Source: Lama glama
Taxonomy: Eukaryota
Reading direction: 5' to 3'
Length of the DNA: 64,000 nucleotides
NCBI GenBank assembly: GCA_028534125.1
Contig: CM052816.1
Span: forward strand, 23,376,001 to 23,440,000
The translations under genes and the position numbers were made by a program. Within the stretch, counting starts at the first letter, position 1. Each line of letters opens with the position of its first letter. The notes beneath the pieces are model-generated. The model searched no databases. It was not told the DNA's origin and saw only the letters and a program-made list of their open reading frames with translations. Shown here piece after piece: positions 39,790-52,947 of this stretch.

Positions 39790-40568
39790 GCAAAATAACA
39801 AATGCCGGCGAGGATGTGGAGAAAAGGGAACCCTTGTACACTGTTGGTGCAAATGTAAATTGGTGTAACCGCTGTGGAAAACAGCATGGAGGTTTCTCCT
39901 AAAGGTAAAAATAGAATTACCATATGACCCAGAATTCCACTCCCGAGTAGATATTCAAAAAAACAAAAACCCACCAAAACTACTAATTCAAAAAGATTAT
40001 GCATCCCAAGTTCACAGCAGCATTATTTACCATTGCCAAGATATGGAGGCAACCTCAGGCCCATCAACAGATAAATGGAGGAAGATGTGGTATGTGTACA
40101 CACACACACACACACACACACATAATGCAATATGGACTACCACTCAGCCATAAAAAGAATGAAATTTTGCCATTTGCAGCAACATGGATGGACTTGGAAG
40201 GTATTTTATTAACTGAAATTCGTCAGACAGAGGAAGGCAAATATTATATGATATCACTTATATGTGGAATCTAAAAACCACAATAAACTAGTGGACAGAA
40301 CAAAGCAGAAACAGACTCACAGATATAGAGAACAAACTAGTGATTATCAGTGAGGAGAGGGAGGGAGGAGGGGCAACATAGGGATAAGGGGTTAAGGGTA
40401 CAAAGTACTATGTATAAAACACACTACAATATACTGTACAACACAGGAATACAGCCAATCTGTTATAGTAACTATGAATGGAGTATAACCTTTAAAAATT
40501 ATGAATCACTCTGTTGTACATCTGCAACTTATATAATATTGTACTCAACTAGGCTTCAATTTTAAAAA
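39790..40568 (+). mobile_element. L1 ORF2 C-terminus and 3' UTR with internal (CA)n
   Basis: aacaaatgccggcgaggatgtggagaaaagggaaccc. ORF 39999-40274 carries L1 remnants ([30 protein letters not shown]). Ends cttcaattttaaaaag. Confidence 0.9.
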
Positions 40569-41269
40569 GCCTAAAAACAGACACTGTGCAAGATGGTGAG
40601 TTGGATCTGCCCTACATACTCTAAAACTAAATATATATAAAATAAAACATATTCTTATTAAATTTAAAAACAGATCTTAACGGCCACAAAAGAGACATTT
40701 TTTATTGAGTTACAACAGAGTGCATTTTAAAGCAACTTTATTAATTTATAGAAACTTGAGATGGTAAGAGTTTAACTTTATTGGTGAAATGCACTGTTAT
40801 TTATATAATAAACAGCATCATATGTTGAAAATTACCATCTTGCTTTTTAAGCCCTGACTCAAATTGCTCTCTGCAGATTGACAGTGCCTAACTATCCCTT
40901 TGAGGAGAAGGAAATAATCTTGAAACTCTGTAGGAATGAAAATAAATGACTAGGTAATATAGTTATCTAAGAAAGAAGTTATTCTGTTTTAGTTACCTCA
41001 AACTTTACTGTTTTATTAGCAATAATAACATTAGAAAGCATGTCTCATTCAAGTTTCACAAGCAGTAAGCTAAATAATAAGCGGACATGACGGGGGTGAA
41101 TGAGGAGGAGGGTGCTACAGGAAAAGGAGAAAAAAACTGACAAATGCCATCTTTCTCTTTCCTCTTCTTCCTCTCTCTTTCTCCTCCCCTACCTCCCTCC
41201 CTCTCTTTCTCTCACACACATAGACACATTCATTTATTGTAGACTGGCACTGCATCTGTCAACTTTCTG

Positions 41270-42870
41270 CACTCCCTTGTTAGTTTTAGTAGCTATTTTA
41301 TAGATTCCTTAGAATTTTCAAAGTCTACAGTATGTTGTCTGCAAATAAAGACCATTTTACTTCTTCTATTTACATGTTGTTAATTTTTTTAGTTAATTAA
41401 TTTTCCTTATTGGACTAGCTAGGAGCTCCAGCACAATGTTGAAAAGGCATGGTCAGAATGGATGTCCATGTCTCAGACAATGGGGGTAAATATGTAGTCT
41501 TCCACAATTAAGAATGAAGTTAATTATGGGTTTTTTGGTAGATGTGCATTAACAGCTTTTGGTGGGTTTACTGGTTTGCTGAGCATTTTTTATCATAAAT
41601 GAATGTTGAATTTTGTCACATTATTTTTCTGCATTTATTGGCATCATCATGTACTTTTTCTTTTCTTTGTTTCACGTGGTGAATGACACTGTTAAGATAT
41701 ATTTAGGTTAAACCATCCTTGCATTCATAGAATAAACTCTCTGGGGTCATGATATATTATCCTTTTTATCTATTGCTGGATTTGATTTGCTACTATTTGA
41801 TAAGTATTTTAGTGTCAATTTTAAGTCAGATGAGACTACAGGGTTCTTTTCCCTCATAACATTTTTATTTGTTTTTGGTATCAGGCTCATTCTGGGCTCA
41901 TAAAAAGTACTGGTTTCTTTCCAGTACTTGAAAGAATTTGTAGTATTGCATCCTCTATAGACACCTGACAAAATTCAAAAATGAAGATATCTAGGTCTGG
42001 AATTTTCTCTGTGGGAGAAGTTTTAAATATAAATTCAAGGAGCGTATATTTAGGGCTCCACAGATGTTCTATAATATTTTCTCATAAGTTTGTTAATGAG
42101 TATCTTTCAAGGATTTGTCCCTTTCAGCTAATATTGTAAACTTTCTTGACATAAAGTAGTCCACCTTATTTTCATATTATTATTTTAATTCCAAAGAAAC
42201 TGTAAGGATATTTCCTTTTTATTCCTAATACTGATAATTGTGTTTTCTTCAATGTCTAACTAGAGATATATTAATTTTATTACTCTTTCCAGAAATTTTC
42301 TTTTTCTCAACTTATTCTATTGTTTTAACTTCAATGATTTCTGTTCTTATACTTATTATTTCCTTTCTTTTATATAATTTGGGTAAAAGTTGCTCTTCCT
42401 TTCTTAAATTAAGATCGCCCTGTCTTCTTTCCTAACATAAGTATTTAATGTTATAAATTGCCCCATAATTATTATTTAGATGCACCTCGCATGTTTTGAT
42501 ACATTGTATTCTCATTTTTACTCATTTCAAAATATTTTTTAAGTTCTCTTTTGGTTTCTTCTTTGAGCCATGTATTATTTAGTAGTGCACTGTTTCACTT
42601 ATAAATTTATTTTAATTTTCAAATATCTTTTAGTTGTTGATTTCCATCAAATCCACTTTTGCCAGAGAGTATGAATATGTTTCAGTTATTTTAAATTTCT
42701 TGAAACTAGTTTAACATCCCTGCATGTGATCTATGCTGATCACTATTCTATGTGCATTAAATGCAAAAGTTTCTTAAGTTTCAATTAGGTCAAGCATGTT
42801 GATGCTATTGTTCAGTCTTTCATTAAAAATTTTTTTTCCTCTGTTCATTTGTTCTACCAATTACTGGGAT
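41270..42870 (-). mobile_element. Old L1 ORF2 fragment (EN to RT region)
   Basis: Reverse complement of 41331-41351 encodes SLFADNI, a degenerate L1 LFADDM RT motif. ORF 41747-41971 contains STFYEPRMSLIPK, similar to L1 NSFYEASITLIPK. Confidence 0.8.
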
Positions 42871-42889
42871 GTGAGTAAAGATTAGTAGA

Positions 42890-43625
42890 AAAAATAATAG
42901 CCTGACAATGCCAGAAGTTGTTGGTATGGATGTGGGAAAATACACAGGTGGCAAGTTTGAAGTTATTAAAATTACCATGAAAACCAATTTGATAATACAT
43001 AATAAATACAAAGATGTGTATGTCCACAAGCCAAAATATTACTCATAGGCAAACACTGAAGAGAAACTCTTGCACATGTTCACATGTGACTTAAAAAATG
43101 ATCATTATTATATTGCTCTTAATTCCAAAACATTTTTTAAAAGAGAGAAGAATGAACATCCACCAATAGAGGAATGGATAAATAAACTGTATTGTATTCA
43201 AACAAATATTACAGTTTGAAGGGTGAACTACAACTTAAAAGCGTCAACTTGGCTGAATCTCAAAAATACATTAGGAATTTTTAAAAGGCAAGTCCTAGAA
43301 GGATTTGCCCAGTATGATTCCAGTTATGCAAATGTTTAAAATACAAAACAATGCTATATATATTTTTACGGATGCATACTTGTTTAATAAAATTATTAAA
43401 ATACGGGTGAAAAATACGTACACAAATTTGAGAATAGTGGTTACATCTGGAGACTCAGAAAAGAAACTGGGTGATGGGAGACTACCATGAGGGCTTCAAC
43501 ATTATGGGCAAAATTGTAAAAATAAAGGTCTTCAGCAAAAATGGTAAAATGTTAACATTTGTGAAATGTGGGTGTTGGCTATAGTAACTTCTGTGCTTCT
43601 CTGTATACTTGAATAGTTTTGTGAC
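42890..43625 (+). mobile_element. Old L1 (L1ME-type) 3' end
   Basis: gagaaactcttgcacatgt...caatagaggaatggataaataaactgt...atagtggttacatctgg...aaatgttaacatttg. Confidence 0.7.
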
Positions 43626-43646
43626 TGGAAATCTAGGTATAGCTTT

Positions 43647-43782
43647 ATTTGTTGTTGGTTTTTCTGGGGAGGGAGGGTAATTAGATTTTTATTTATTTAT
43701 TTATAATATAGGTACTGAGGATTGAACCCAGGACCTTGTGCATGCTGAGCATGCACTCTACCACCGAGCTATACCCTCCCCC
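43647..43782 (-). mobile_element. tRNA-derived SINE, vic-1-like
   Basis: Reverse complement ggggagggtatagctcggtggtagagtgcatgctcagcatgcacaaggtcctgggttcaatcc. Degenerate TSD aggtatagcttt / aggtgtcgcttt. Confidence 0.88.
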
Positions 43783-44369
43783 CAGGTGTCGCTTTTAACA
43801 ACTAAAAGATTAATGGAAAAATGGAAAAGATTATGTACACGTAATCCACAAAAGAAAGTCAAATCTGGAAATAAACATTAAAAATTAATAAAATATGCTT
43901 GAATAGTAAAAGGATGTTAATATCGACTACAGATAAGGATAGGAGAAAGGGGGCACTCTTAGGTACAGTTGGTGAGAGTGTAAATTGTTCCAGCATTTTT
44001 AGAAGATGACTCGGCATAATATATCAAAATTTCAGCATGGAAAGCCCTGTGTTTCCTCCCGCTCAAAGATATTTCCAGGACTATCTCAAAGATATTTCCT
44101 GGACTATCAACAACACTCACATTGTTGTGTAAAGATCTATGAACATGACTGTAGATTGTTAAATTATTGTTACTCGTGTTAGTGTAAAAATGGAACCAGC
44201 CCCAAAGCCTAGCAATGTGGAAGTCTCTCTGAATGGCCATGGATAAGCACAGCTGCAGCAAGAGCTGCTCACGATGTATCCATGCAAAGGGAATCCCAGC
44301 GAACTCTGCTGGGCATCTGTCCAGCTGCGTGCAGCAGACTCACTAACGTGTGCCAGGCTCCCCTTAGAG

Positions 44370-44585
44370 CAGAGGTTCTCAAGTGGGTGTGACTGTGCCT
44401 CCCACTCCAGGGAGCGAGGGTGCAGAATTTAGCAATGTTTGGATATGTTTTTGGCTGTCACAACTAGGTATCCAGTGGGTAAAGGCCAAAGATGCTGTTA
44501 AACATACCACATTGCACAAAACAGCTCCCTACAGCAAACAATTCTCTTACCCAAAATGTCATTAGTGACGAGGTTGAGAAATCTG
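44370..44585 (+). mobile_element. MER20-like hAT-Charlie MITE
   Basis: Terminal inverted repeats cagaggttctcaa / ttgagaaatctg. 8-bp TSD-like ccttagag / ctctagag. Internal ggtatccagtgggtaaaggccaaagatgctgttaaacat. Confidence 0.85.
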
Positions 44586-45693
44586 CTCTAGAGAAACTTA
44601 ACTTGCACTACTTCTGTAATCTCAATTACAACCACATGAAGCAGAAAATATTTCCCTTGTTTTAAATATGAAAAAAAGTGTCAGAGAGATTAAACATCTC
44701 CAAAGTGACAAAGATAACAGATGGCAGAGCTGCTTGCTCTTATCCAAGAAGTTGTATTAGCAATCTAAATAAATTAATGTGCTTGAATATTATAGGTGCT
44801 TTAAAAGATGGATTTACACAAATGGAATATTAGCTCCAGAAAAAAAATTATCTCCAGATTACACAGACTTGGATAAGACATTTGTAATGAATAGCTAATA
44901 AAATATTGGAACCCCCCAAAATAAAGATCTCTTACCAGTCAGTTAATAAGTAAAAATAGTTATTGGAGACACATAATATGCAATCCAATTTGTATTATAT
45001 AAGCAAAAGTAAGTGTATGAAAATATCATAAACGTTATCTATGACCTTATGTATACAACTAAAAATTTGTAAAAATGGAATTTTCCAAAAAGGATAATGT
45101 TTTTATAAATAGAACATCTCAACACAAAAAGAACTAATGAAAACTTTTGCCATGTATATGCCACCATATGCCACAGCACATGGTGATAGTGTTGTGTCTT
45201 TAGAAATGTGAACGAGAGATTGGTGATAACTGAGAGAGAACAGTGGAGACAATAGTGGACAGTTACAGTGGTGTCCTGTTACAGTTCTTGATTCTTGCAA
45301 GTTCTGTTGCAATGTAAACAAGTGTTTAAAGCAGTTAATTGAAATTATGAAAATACACGTGTGATATGATGGAACATCTTTTTTTTTTTTTTGATGGAAC
45401 ATCTTTTTAGACCACTGTGTTCATCAGGAATTAAGAAACCTAATTTCTGGCAGTTTCCTTAATTTGGAAAAAAGAAATAGGCCCAAAATACTCCACATTA
45501 TATATCTTCTATTCCATGGATATAGAACAAAAAACAGAACAAAAAAAGGAAGGAAATAATTCAATTTGAATCCTAAGAAAGGAGTCTGGTTGACTGAAGG
45601 CCCTTTGTTTTTTCCTGTGTAACCTGACCGATCTGATACAGAAAGTTTCTCGAATGAAAGGGACAGCTAAGCAGGCCTGTATAACTGAGGGTG

Positions 45694-47009
45694 TTATGTT
45701 TACGTCTTTAAGCCATTTTGAATGTATTTTTGTATATGGCATCAGGGAGTATTCTAATCTGACAAAACACTACTAGCCTCTTAGAAGAAAATAAAGGCAA
45801 AACATTATCCGATATACATCTCAGCAATGTTCTCCTAGGGCAGTCTACCCAAGCAATAGAAATAAAAGCAAAAATAAACAAATGGGTCCCAATTAAGCTC
45901 ATAAACTTTTGAATAGCAAAGGAAACCATAAGCAAAACAAAAAGACAACCTACGGAATGGGAGAAAATATTTGCGAAAGGTGAGACTGACAAGGGCTTAA
46001 TCTCCAGAATATATAAACAGCTCATACAACTTAATAAGAAAAAAACAAACAACCCAATCCAAAAATGCACAGAAGACCTAAACAAGCAATTTTCCAATGA
46101 AGACATACAAATGGCCAATAGGCACATGAAAAAATGCTCAATATCGCTAATTATCAGAGAAATGCAAATCAAAACTACCATGAGGTATCACCTCACACCA
46201 GTCAGAATGGCCATCATTCAAAAGGCCACAAATGATAAATGCTGGAAAGGATGTGGAGAAAAGGGAACTGCTGGTGGGAATGTAGTTTGGTGCAGCCATT
46301 ATGGAAAACAGTATGGAGACTCCTTTAAAAATTAAAAATAGACTTACCATATGATCCATCAATCCCACTCCTGGGCATATATCCAGAGGGAACATTAATT
46401 CAAAAAGACACCTGCACCCCAATGTTCATAGCAGCACTATTTACAATAGCCAAGACATGGAAACAACCTAAATGTTCATCGACAGATGACTGGATAAAAA
46501 AGTTGTGGTCTATTTATACAATGGAATACTACTCTGCCATAAAAAAATAATAAAACAATGCCATTTGCAGCAACATGGATGAAACTGGAGATCATCATTC
46601 TAAGTAAGCCAGAAAGAGAAAGAAAAATACCATATGATATCACTCACATGTGTAATCTTAAAAAAAGAGAGAGAGAGACAAACGAACTTATTTATAAAAC
46701 AGAAACAGACTCACAGACATAGTAAACAAACTTATGGTCACCAGAGGGAAAGGGGTGGGAAGGGATAAATTGGGAGTTCTAGATTTGCAGATACTAACTA
46801 ATATACATAAAATAGATAAGCAACAAGTTTATACTGTATAGTACAGGGAACTATATTTAATATCTTATAGTAACTTATGGTGAAAAAGAATATGAAAATG
46901 AACATACGTATGTTCCTATATGACTGAAGTATCATGCTGTGCACCAGAAATTGACACAACATTGTAAACTGACTATACTTCAATAAAACAAACAAACAAA
47001 CAAACAAAC
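45694..47009 (+). mobile_element. L1 insertion, about 1.3 kb, ORF2 C-terminus and 3' UTR, with short 5' inversion
   Basis: ORF2 remnants [36 protein letters not shown]. aataaa plus (aaac)n tail. Flanked by gagggtg at 45687-45693 and 47014-47020. Confidence 0.93.
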
Positions 47010-47824
47010 CCCAGAGGGTGAAGGGTTCAGAACATCTGGAAACAATCCTGAAAGAAAAGAGGGAGGGAGAGTGGAGATGGAGAGGGGATAAAGCTTGGGA
47101 GACCACGAGGTGCCAAAAGGCTTGTGGTCCTCAAATGTATCTCTACTCCACAATTTCCTAAGTTTTCCTCCGAATTCCCTAGAGTTTCTGAAATGTCTAG
47201 TGTCAATATATTTTTGGAGAAAATAGTGAAGCAGGTGAGTGTTCTATGCAGGCTGACCCAGAGGATACACATGCAGCTCGTGCGGATGTGGCATCCAGGA
47301 AAGGAGCTCAGACAGATGCCCACTCTTCTTTCTCTTTATCCCAGGCTCGAACAGAACTCTTGAGTCACGACCTTAGACCCTCCCAGGCTGAGGAATGTGG
47401 GGCTGCAAGGAATTTCCTGAAGATCTTAGGTACAGTCAGCCCTTAATAACACCAGAAGCATATTTGTAGTGTCTGTAAGTCCTTAGGAAAGATCTTGATG
47501 AAAACACATCAAACTGCTATCTGAAACTAACTCTGGAAATTGGGGGCTTTGAGGATTGAGGATTCTCTCTTCACACACTTATTTCTGCATTGTTTTAATA
47601 TTTTACAGTAAATGGTCGTTAACTTTTTGAATCTTAACTGTAAGAGAAGACAACATGAAATGTAAACTAAACAAGCTAGGACAATCTGAGACCACATTGC
47701 TTGAAATGCATTATCTAGGTTAAGAAAGCTAACAGTTTTGCTCTAACTTCCACCAGAATACCCTTGGACCCTCACCCTCAGAAGGGTAGGGAATCTTTAA
47801 AGACACCTGTGATGTTTATCTTGG

Positions 47825-48090
47825 GAGCATGAGAGTAGAATTCAGAGGGTGGTTAGACTGCCCATTTTTGGATTGGGTTGAAGTCAGGAAGACCTGGATC
47901 AGACTCCCAGGTTGCTTCCTTGGTGACTTAGGGAAATTACCCAACTTCCTAATCAACAAAATGGGTGTAATATACTTTGCTGGCAGAGTTACTGTAAAAA
48001 CTAAACATGTGACTATTAAGATCAACAAGGTACAGTGCCCAAAACTTAACTGATTCATAAACTATCATGGTTGTTTACACTTGTTGCCAC
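47825..48090 (+). mobile_element. MIR SINE
   Basis: tgaagtcaggaagacctgg...gtgacttagggaaattacccaac...aaaatgggtgtaata. Confidence 0.65.
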
Positions 48091-48745
48091 TGTCATTGCT
48101 ATATATTACAAAAGAGATACAGCATTCTGAGTATTCCAAACACCAAAACCAAGATTATTTCCAAGATGCCACGGTATTCCAACAACAGAATTTTCCAACA
48201 ACAAAAGTGGCAGGTGAAATTAATAAATTATTTGGCTCTAGAAGTGTTAATGGTATTGAACTCCATTGGGCACATTTTGGAGAAAAGATCTACTGTGTGC
48301 TAATTTATTATTTTAAAACTTAAAGACTACTAATGCAAGATAGCAACTGGACAGAGAAGGAAGATGGATTACACTAAAAATCAGTCATTTCTACTATGTC
48401 AAATTCTACTCCTGTATCTCCTCCATGTCAATTTCTACTCCATATCTTGGATCAAAGAATTTAAATGATGTAAATGGTATACATCTCTGATAAATAAAAC
48501 CAAAGCTACAAAATATTTTCATCTCACACGCAGGGCTTTGCATGTTACCTCCAGGCCTTACCAGCTGCCTGGTGTGGGTGATTTATTTAATCTCCATAAT
48601 TCTCACCATCCTTATCTATAAAACTGAGTGAGACATGAACCTTGGTGGGTTTCTAGGAAAATCAGCCACATCTTATAGCAGTATACGTATGGCTTATAAC
48701 AGTGCTTAAAAACAGTAGGTGTATCATTTTGGACCTCGAGTCTTT

Positions 48746-48894
48746 ATTTCATTTTTTATGGGTTTTCTGGTGGGAGGGGAGGTAATTAGGTCTATCTGTT
48801 TTTATTTATTCATTTTAATGGAGGTGCTGAGGACGGAACCCAGCACCTCGTGCATGCTAAGCACATGCTCTACAACTGAGCTGTCTACTTCCCG
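48746..48894 (-). mobile_element. tRNA-derived SINE, vic-1-like
   Basis: Reverse complement cagctcagttgtagagcatgtgcttagcatgcacgaggtgctgggttcc. TSD cctcgagtcttt (48734-48745) / cctcaagtcttt (48895-48906). Confidence 0.85.
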
Positions 48895-51414
48895 CCTCAA
48901 GTCTTTTTCCAAAGTGATTCAAACAGAAATAGCAGCATCTCCATTCACTGATCTTTCGTTACTGATTTGATTTTTCTAAAAGGTGGTGGGACCTCTTGCT
49001 TCCTGCCCTTGTAGGTGTGGTTAGTGGAAAACTCTAAGACCTTTCCTATTTCCTACAGGTATGTTTCTTGTCATTTACTATCCATCCCAGCCATGGCATA
49101 GAAAGCTCTTTTGATTTTTCACATATAAGGTTTATGAACATCTTCAAAATGTATAAAGAATATTCTAAATTATTTAAAGGTAAGATATCAGGCATTTCCA
49201 AACCAGATCTGTGCCAAGAATGGGATACTAAATTAGGGGTTATTTTATTTACCAAAAAAAAAATCACAATAAATTTTCCCTATATAACTGCATCTTATAG
49301 GTCCCTTAAAATATAATTTAGTTTATAAAAACTAGATTTACATCTATTTATTTGAGCAGCTCACTTATTTTCTAAGAATATGTAGAAACACTGTAACCAA
49401 AAGATTTTATAAATGCAGCTTATAAAGTACTTTTAAAATCCATGTTATTATCCATCTATATTATACGGTGGTCCGCCACTGCTTTCTCTTTCGCTTGTAG
49501 TATTCTTTAACACTCCAAGACTAATTTATTGAACTCTATTTTAGAGTTACAGGAATAGGAGGAGATATAAGCACTGAGCACAGGACTGAATGTGTACCTT
49601 CTAGAGGAATAGGTAATGGAAAAGAAATAAGAGAAGGCTGAAGTAGACGGTCGATTATGTAGTTCCAATGTAGAGTCTGATTGATCCTCTCTCTTATAAG
49701 CCTATGGTGAGTTGTTAATAGGTGCAGAACACGTAAGACCGTGTGACCAAGCACCCCAAAATTGGACACTGTGCACTTGTGGAGCCAAAGGCAACAGCAG
49801 CCAAGGTATTAGAACACTTACCAAAATACTACCACTGAGCTGACTCGAGGCAAAGGCTTGGAGACATGTTAAGTTATATTAATGAGCAGCATTAGGTCAT
49901 CCCCAAGGATGCTTTAGCATGTTATTCCAAAATCATTTCAAATAGAAACAAGGGGTTTCCATATTCTTAAGCTTAAAACACACTTTAAATAATCATCAGT
50001 GAATTTACTTCTCCTCTTTTATCTTTCCACCCACTGATCCCCTTCAAGTCTCTGCCTTCCTCATAGGAAGGTCACATCAGCTCACACAGATCAGGTCAGT
50101 TCCTGGGGCCTGACAAGGAAAAGGAGCTATAGAAACTGAAAATGTAATACAATCATGGGAATTAAATTAGTAATCAAATACTGTATTTCTTTAATCTACC
50201 ATTTTACCAGCTAAGATTTGGACCTAACTTTCATGTGATAGTTTTATGTATGTCTTGGCCTTTTCCACTGACCACTCCAAACTGTCTCTCCTGATAGCAT
50301 TCTTGGGCCATCATTATATTCATTAAAGCTCAGAATTAATATATGATTTACAGGGATGAAAATCTGGTTTAATCTTGACCTCTTGTCAACTAAAGCAGAA
50401 GAAATTTACGCACATTTTAAAAAAAATTATAGTTTTCCTGCATACATCTCCATATATTATTATTCAAAACCAAAAATTTAAATATAGCTATTTGGATATC
50501 ATTCCCTTTTACTTCCTGAGCCAAGCTTTTCAAGGGCAATAGTGCAACCAGACTTTCATAAATGTTCACTTCCTAAAATGACACCAAGTCCACATTTGCT
50601 CTCTTATCAAATTTCATCAGTACCAGGACGCTGCCAGTATTATGGCTCACCCATAATGTAAGAGCTGCCCACGTGTGGAAAATTATCTACTGCAATTAAC
50701 TAAATATGGTATTTCTATCCTTTACTAGGCTTCTTTGTATTATTACTAAATTAATACTTAATAGATGAACTATCTAAGAGTCTTAATTTCCCCAGCGTTT
50801 TCTCAATCATGATTCCTATGTCTGGAAGGCATCTCTTCAAACTCACATTACCAGAGAAAGCTTATTGCTTTAGTTTTTAATAAAAAGAACAATATTAGAA
50901 TTCTTGGCACTCTTTAAAGAAACACACAATAATGTGGATACAAGTTTACATTTAGAGAATAGTTCTAAATGCTTGTGACTAAAATCTACTTCCTGAAAAG
51001 GTTGATTTGGATTTTGTTAGTTTGTATTTGTTGACTTGATTTGAACCCTGACCCTAACAACTTTATAGTCTTTTTCACAGCAGTGGGATATATGAAACAA
51101 TACTACAGTCTGATACCTGAATTCATGACCTAATCTTGAAAAACATTAAGTAAGTATGTAACTTCCCATTTTGTATATATTATTTATATAACACCAAATG
51201 AGTGGCTTTGAATATTTGTTTTAATAAATCCTTTATTTAATTTTAAATCTTGTCCACTACACTATGGGCTAGCTATTGGTAGCTAACTTTGTTCCTTACT
51301 AATCAATGGGATGTTCAAAAATATCCCTTAATGGTTGCTCTAGTGATAATAATTTCCAGACAGCAGAAAAATCTTTTGTAATTTTTATAAGATGGAAACG
51401 CTCCCAACATTGAT

Positions 51415-52947
51415 CTTTAAACATAATCCCTATTAAAGTTCCAGCAGACTCTGCAGATGCTGACAATCTGATCCTAAAATTTATATAGAAATGCAAATGA
51501 TCCACAACAGCCAAAAAGCTTTCAAAAAGAAAAATCAAAACTGAATTTCCCCAATTAAAAATGTATTATGAAGCCTTCTAAATCAAGACAGTATGGTACC
51601 GACATAAGGATAAACATAAAGATTTTAAAAACAGTATTAATAGTTCAAAAGTTAACTCATACTTATGGTTGACTTTTGACAAAAGTCCTACGATATTTCA
51701 TGAGGAAAGGATGGTCTTTTCAGCAAATGGTGCTGGCAGAAAATTGGAGAGATATATATACATATACACACACACATATACATACACAAAGAGATTAATT
51801 TAAACCCTTATCTCACACCGTACATAAAAAAAATTAACTATAAATACATCAGAGGTCTAAATCTAACAACCAAAATTACGGAAGAAAATAAGAGAAAGTC
51901 TATGAGACTTTGAGTTTCTAGTTACAACACCAAAAGTACATTCCATAAAAGATAAAAATGATAAACTTGATTTTTCAAAATCTATAAAAATTGGCTTTGA
52001 AAGACACCATTAGGAAAATGAAGAGAAACCTCTAGACCAGAAGAAAGCGTTAGCAAACTGAACGTCTGACAGAGGATTTACATTCTGAGTATATAAAGAA
52101 TTCTTAACACGAAATGGTAGAAAGACAAAAAACCTAATTCAAAATAGACAAAAGATTTGAACAGACATTTCACCAAAGATGACATATGAATGGCTCTAAA
52201 AAGAGGCATGAAAAGATGCTCAACATACTCATTAGAGAAATGCAAACTAAAACCGCAATGAAATACCACCGCAGAGCCAAAAAACAGCCAGTACCAAAAA
52301 GAGACAGTAACAAGTGTTGGTGAGAACGTAGAGAAACTGGAATCTTAACAAACTGCTGGTGGGACTGTAAACTAGTACAGTACTTTGTAAAAGAATTTGG
52401 CAGTTTCTTAAAATATCAAACATAAATTTCCCACATGACCTAGCAATTCCACTCCTAGGTATTTACCCAAGAACAATAAAATATATCTACACAATGACTT
52501 ATACACAAATGTTTTTATTAGCGTTATTCATAATAGCAAAAAAGTGGAAACAATCCAAATGCCACTGATGGATGAACAAAGACTCATTATTCAGCAAGAA
52601 AAAGAATGAACTACTGATACATAGTACCACATGGATGAACCTCAGAAACATGCAAAGTTTAAGAAGCCAGACAAAACACCAAATTTTATACAATTTATAT
52701 GAAATGTAAAGGTAAACCTATAAAAAGAGAAAGTAGATTAATGGTTGCCTGGGACTAGAGGTAGAAACAGAATGACTGCAAATGGATACGAGGTACCCCT
52801 TTGGGGTGATGGAAGTGTTCTAAAACTGAGCTGTGGTGATGGTTGCACAGTTCTATAAATGTACAAAAATCACCAAATTGTATATTGGGGTGAGTTTATG
52901 GCATGTAAATCATACCAGGAGAAAAAAATATTAGGAGGGAAAAAAAA
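51415..52947 (+). mobile_element. L1M (L1MB/MC-type) ORF2 3' part and 3' UTR
   Basis: atcctaaaatttatatagaaatgcaaa...atcaagacagtatggtac...ttagagaaatgcaaactaaaacc...ggtgatggaagtgttctaaaactg. Confidence 0.88.

Noticed and set aside
43710..43782. tRNA gene (also at 6.2 kb and 48.8 kb)
   Set aside because: The A and B boxes are followed by an AT-rich tail, two copies have TSDs, and the copies are diverged. These are SINEs.
45708..46422. ORFs of 157 and 91 aa on the minus strand
   Set aside because: These are the familiar antisense reading frames of L1 ORF2, not genes.
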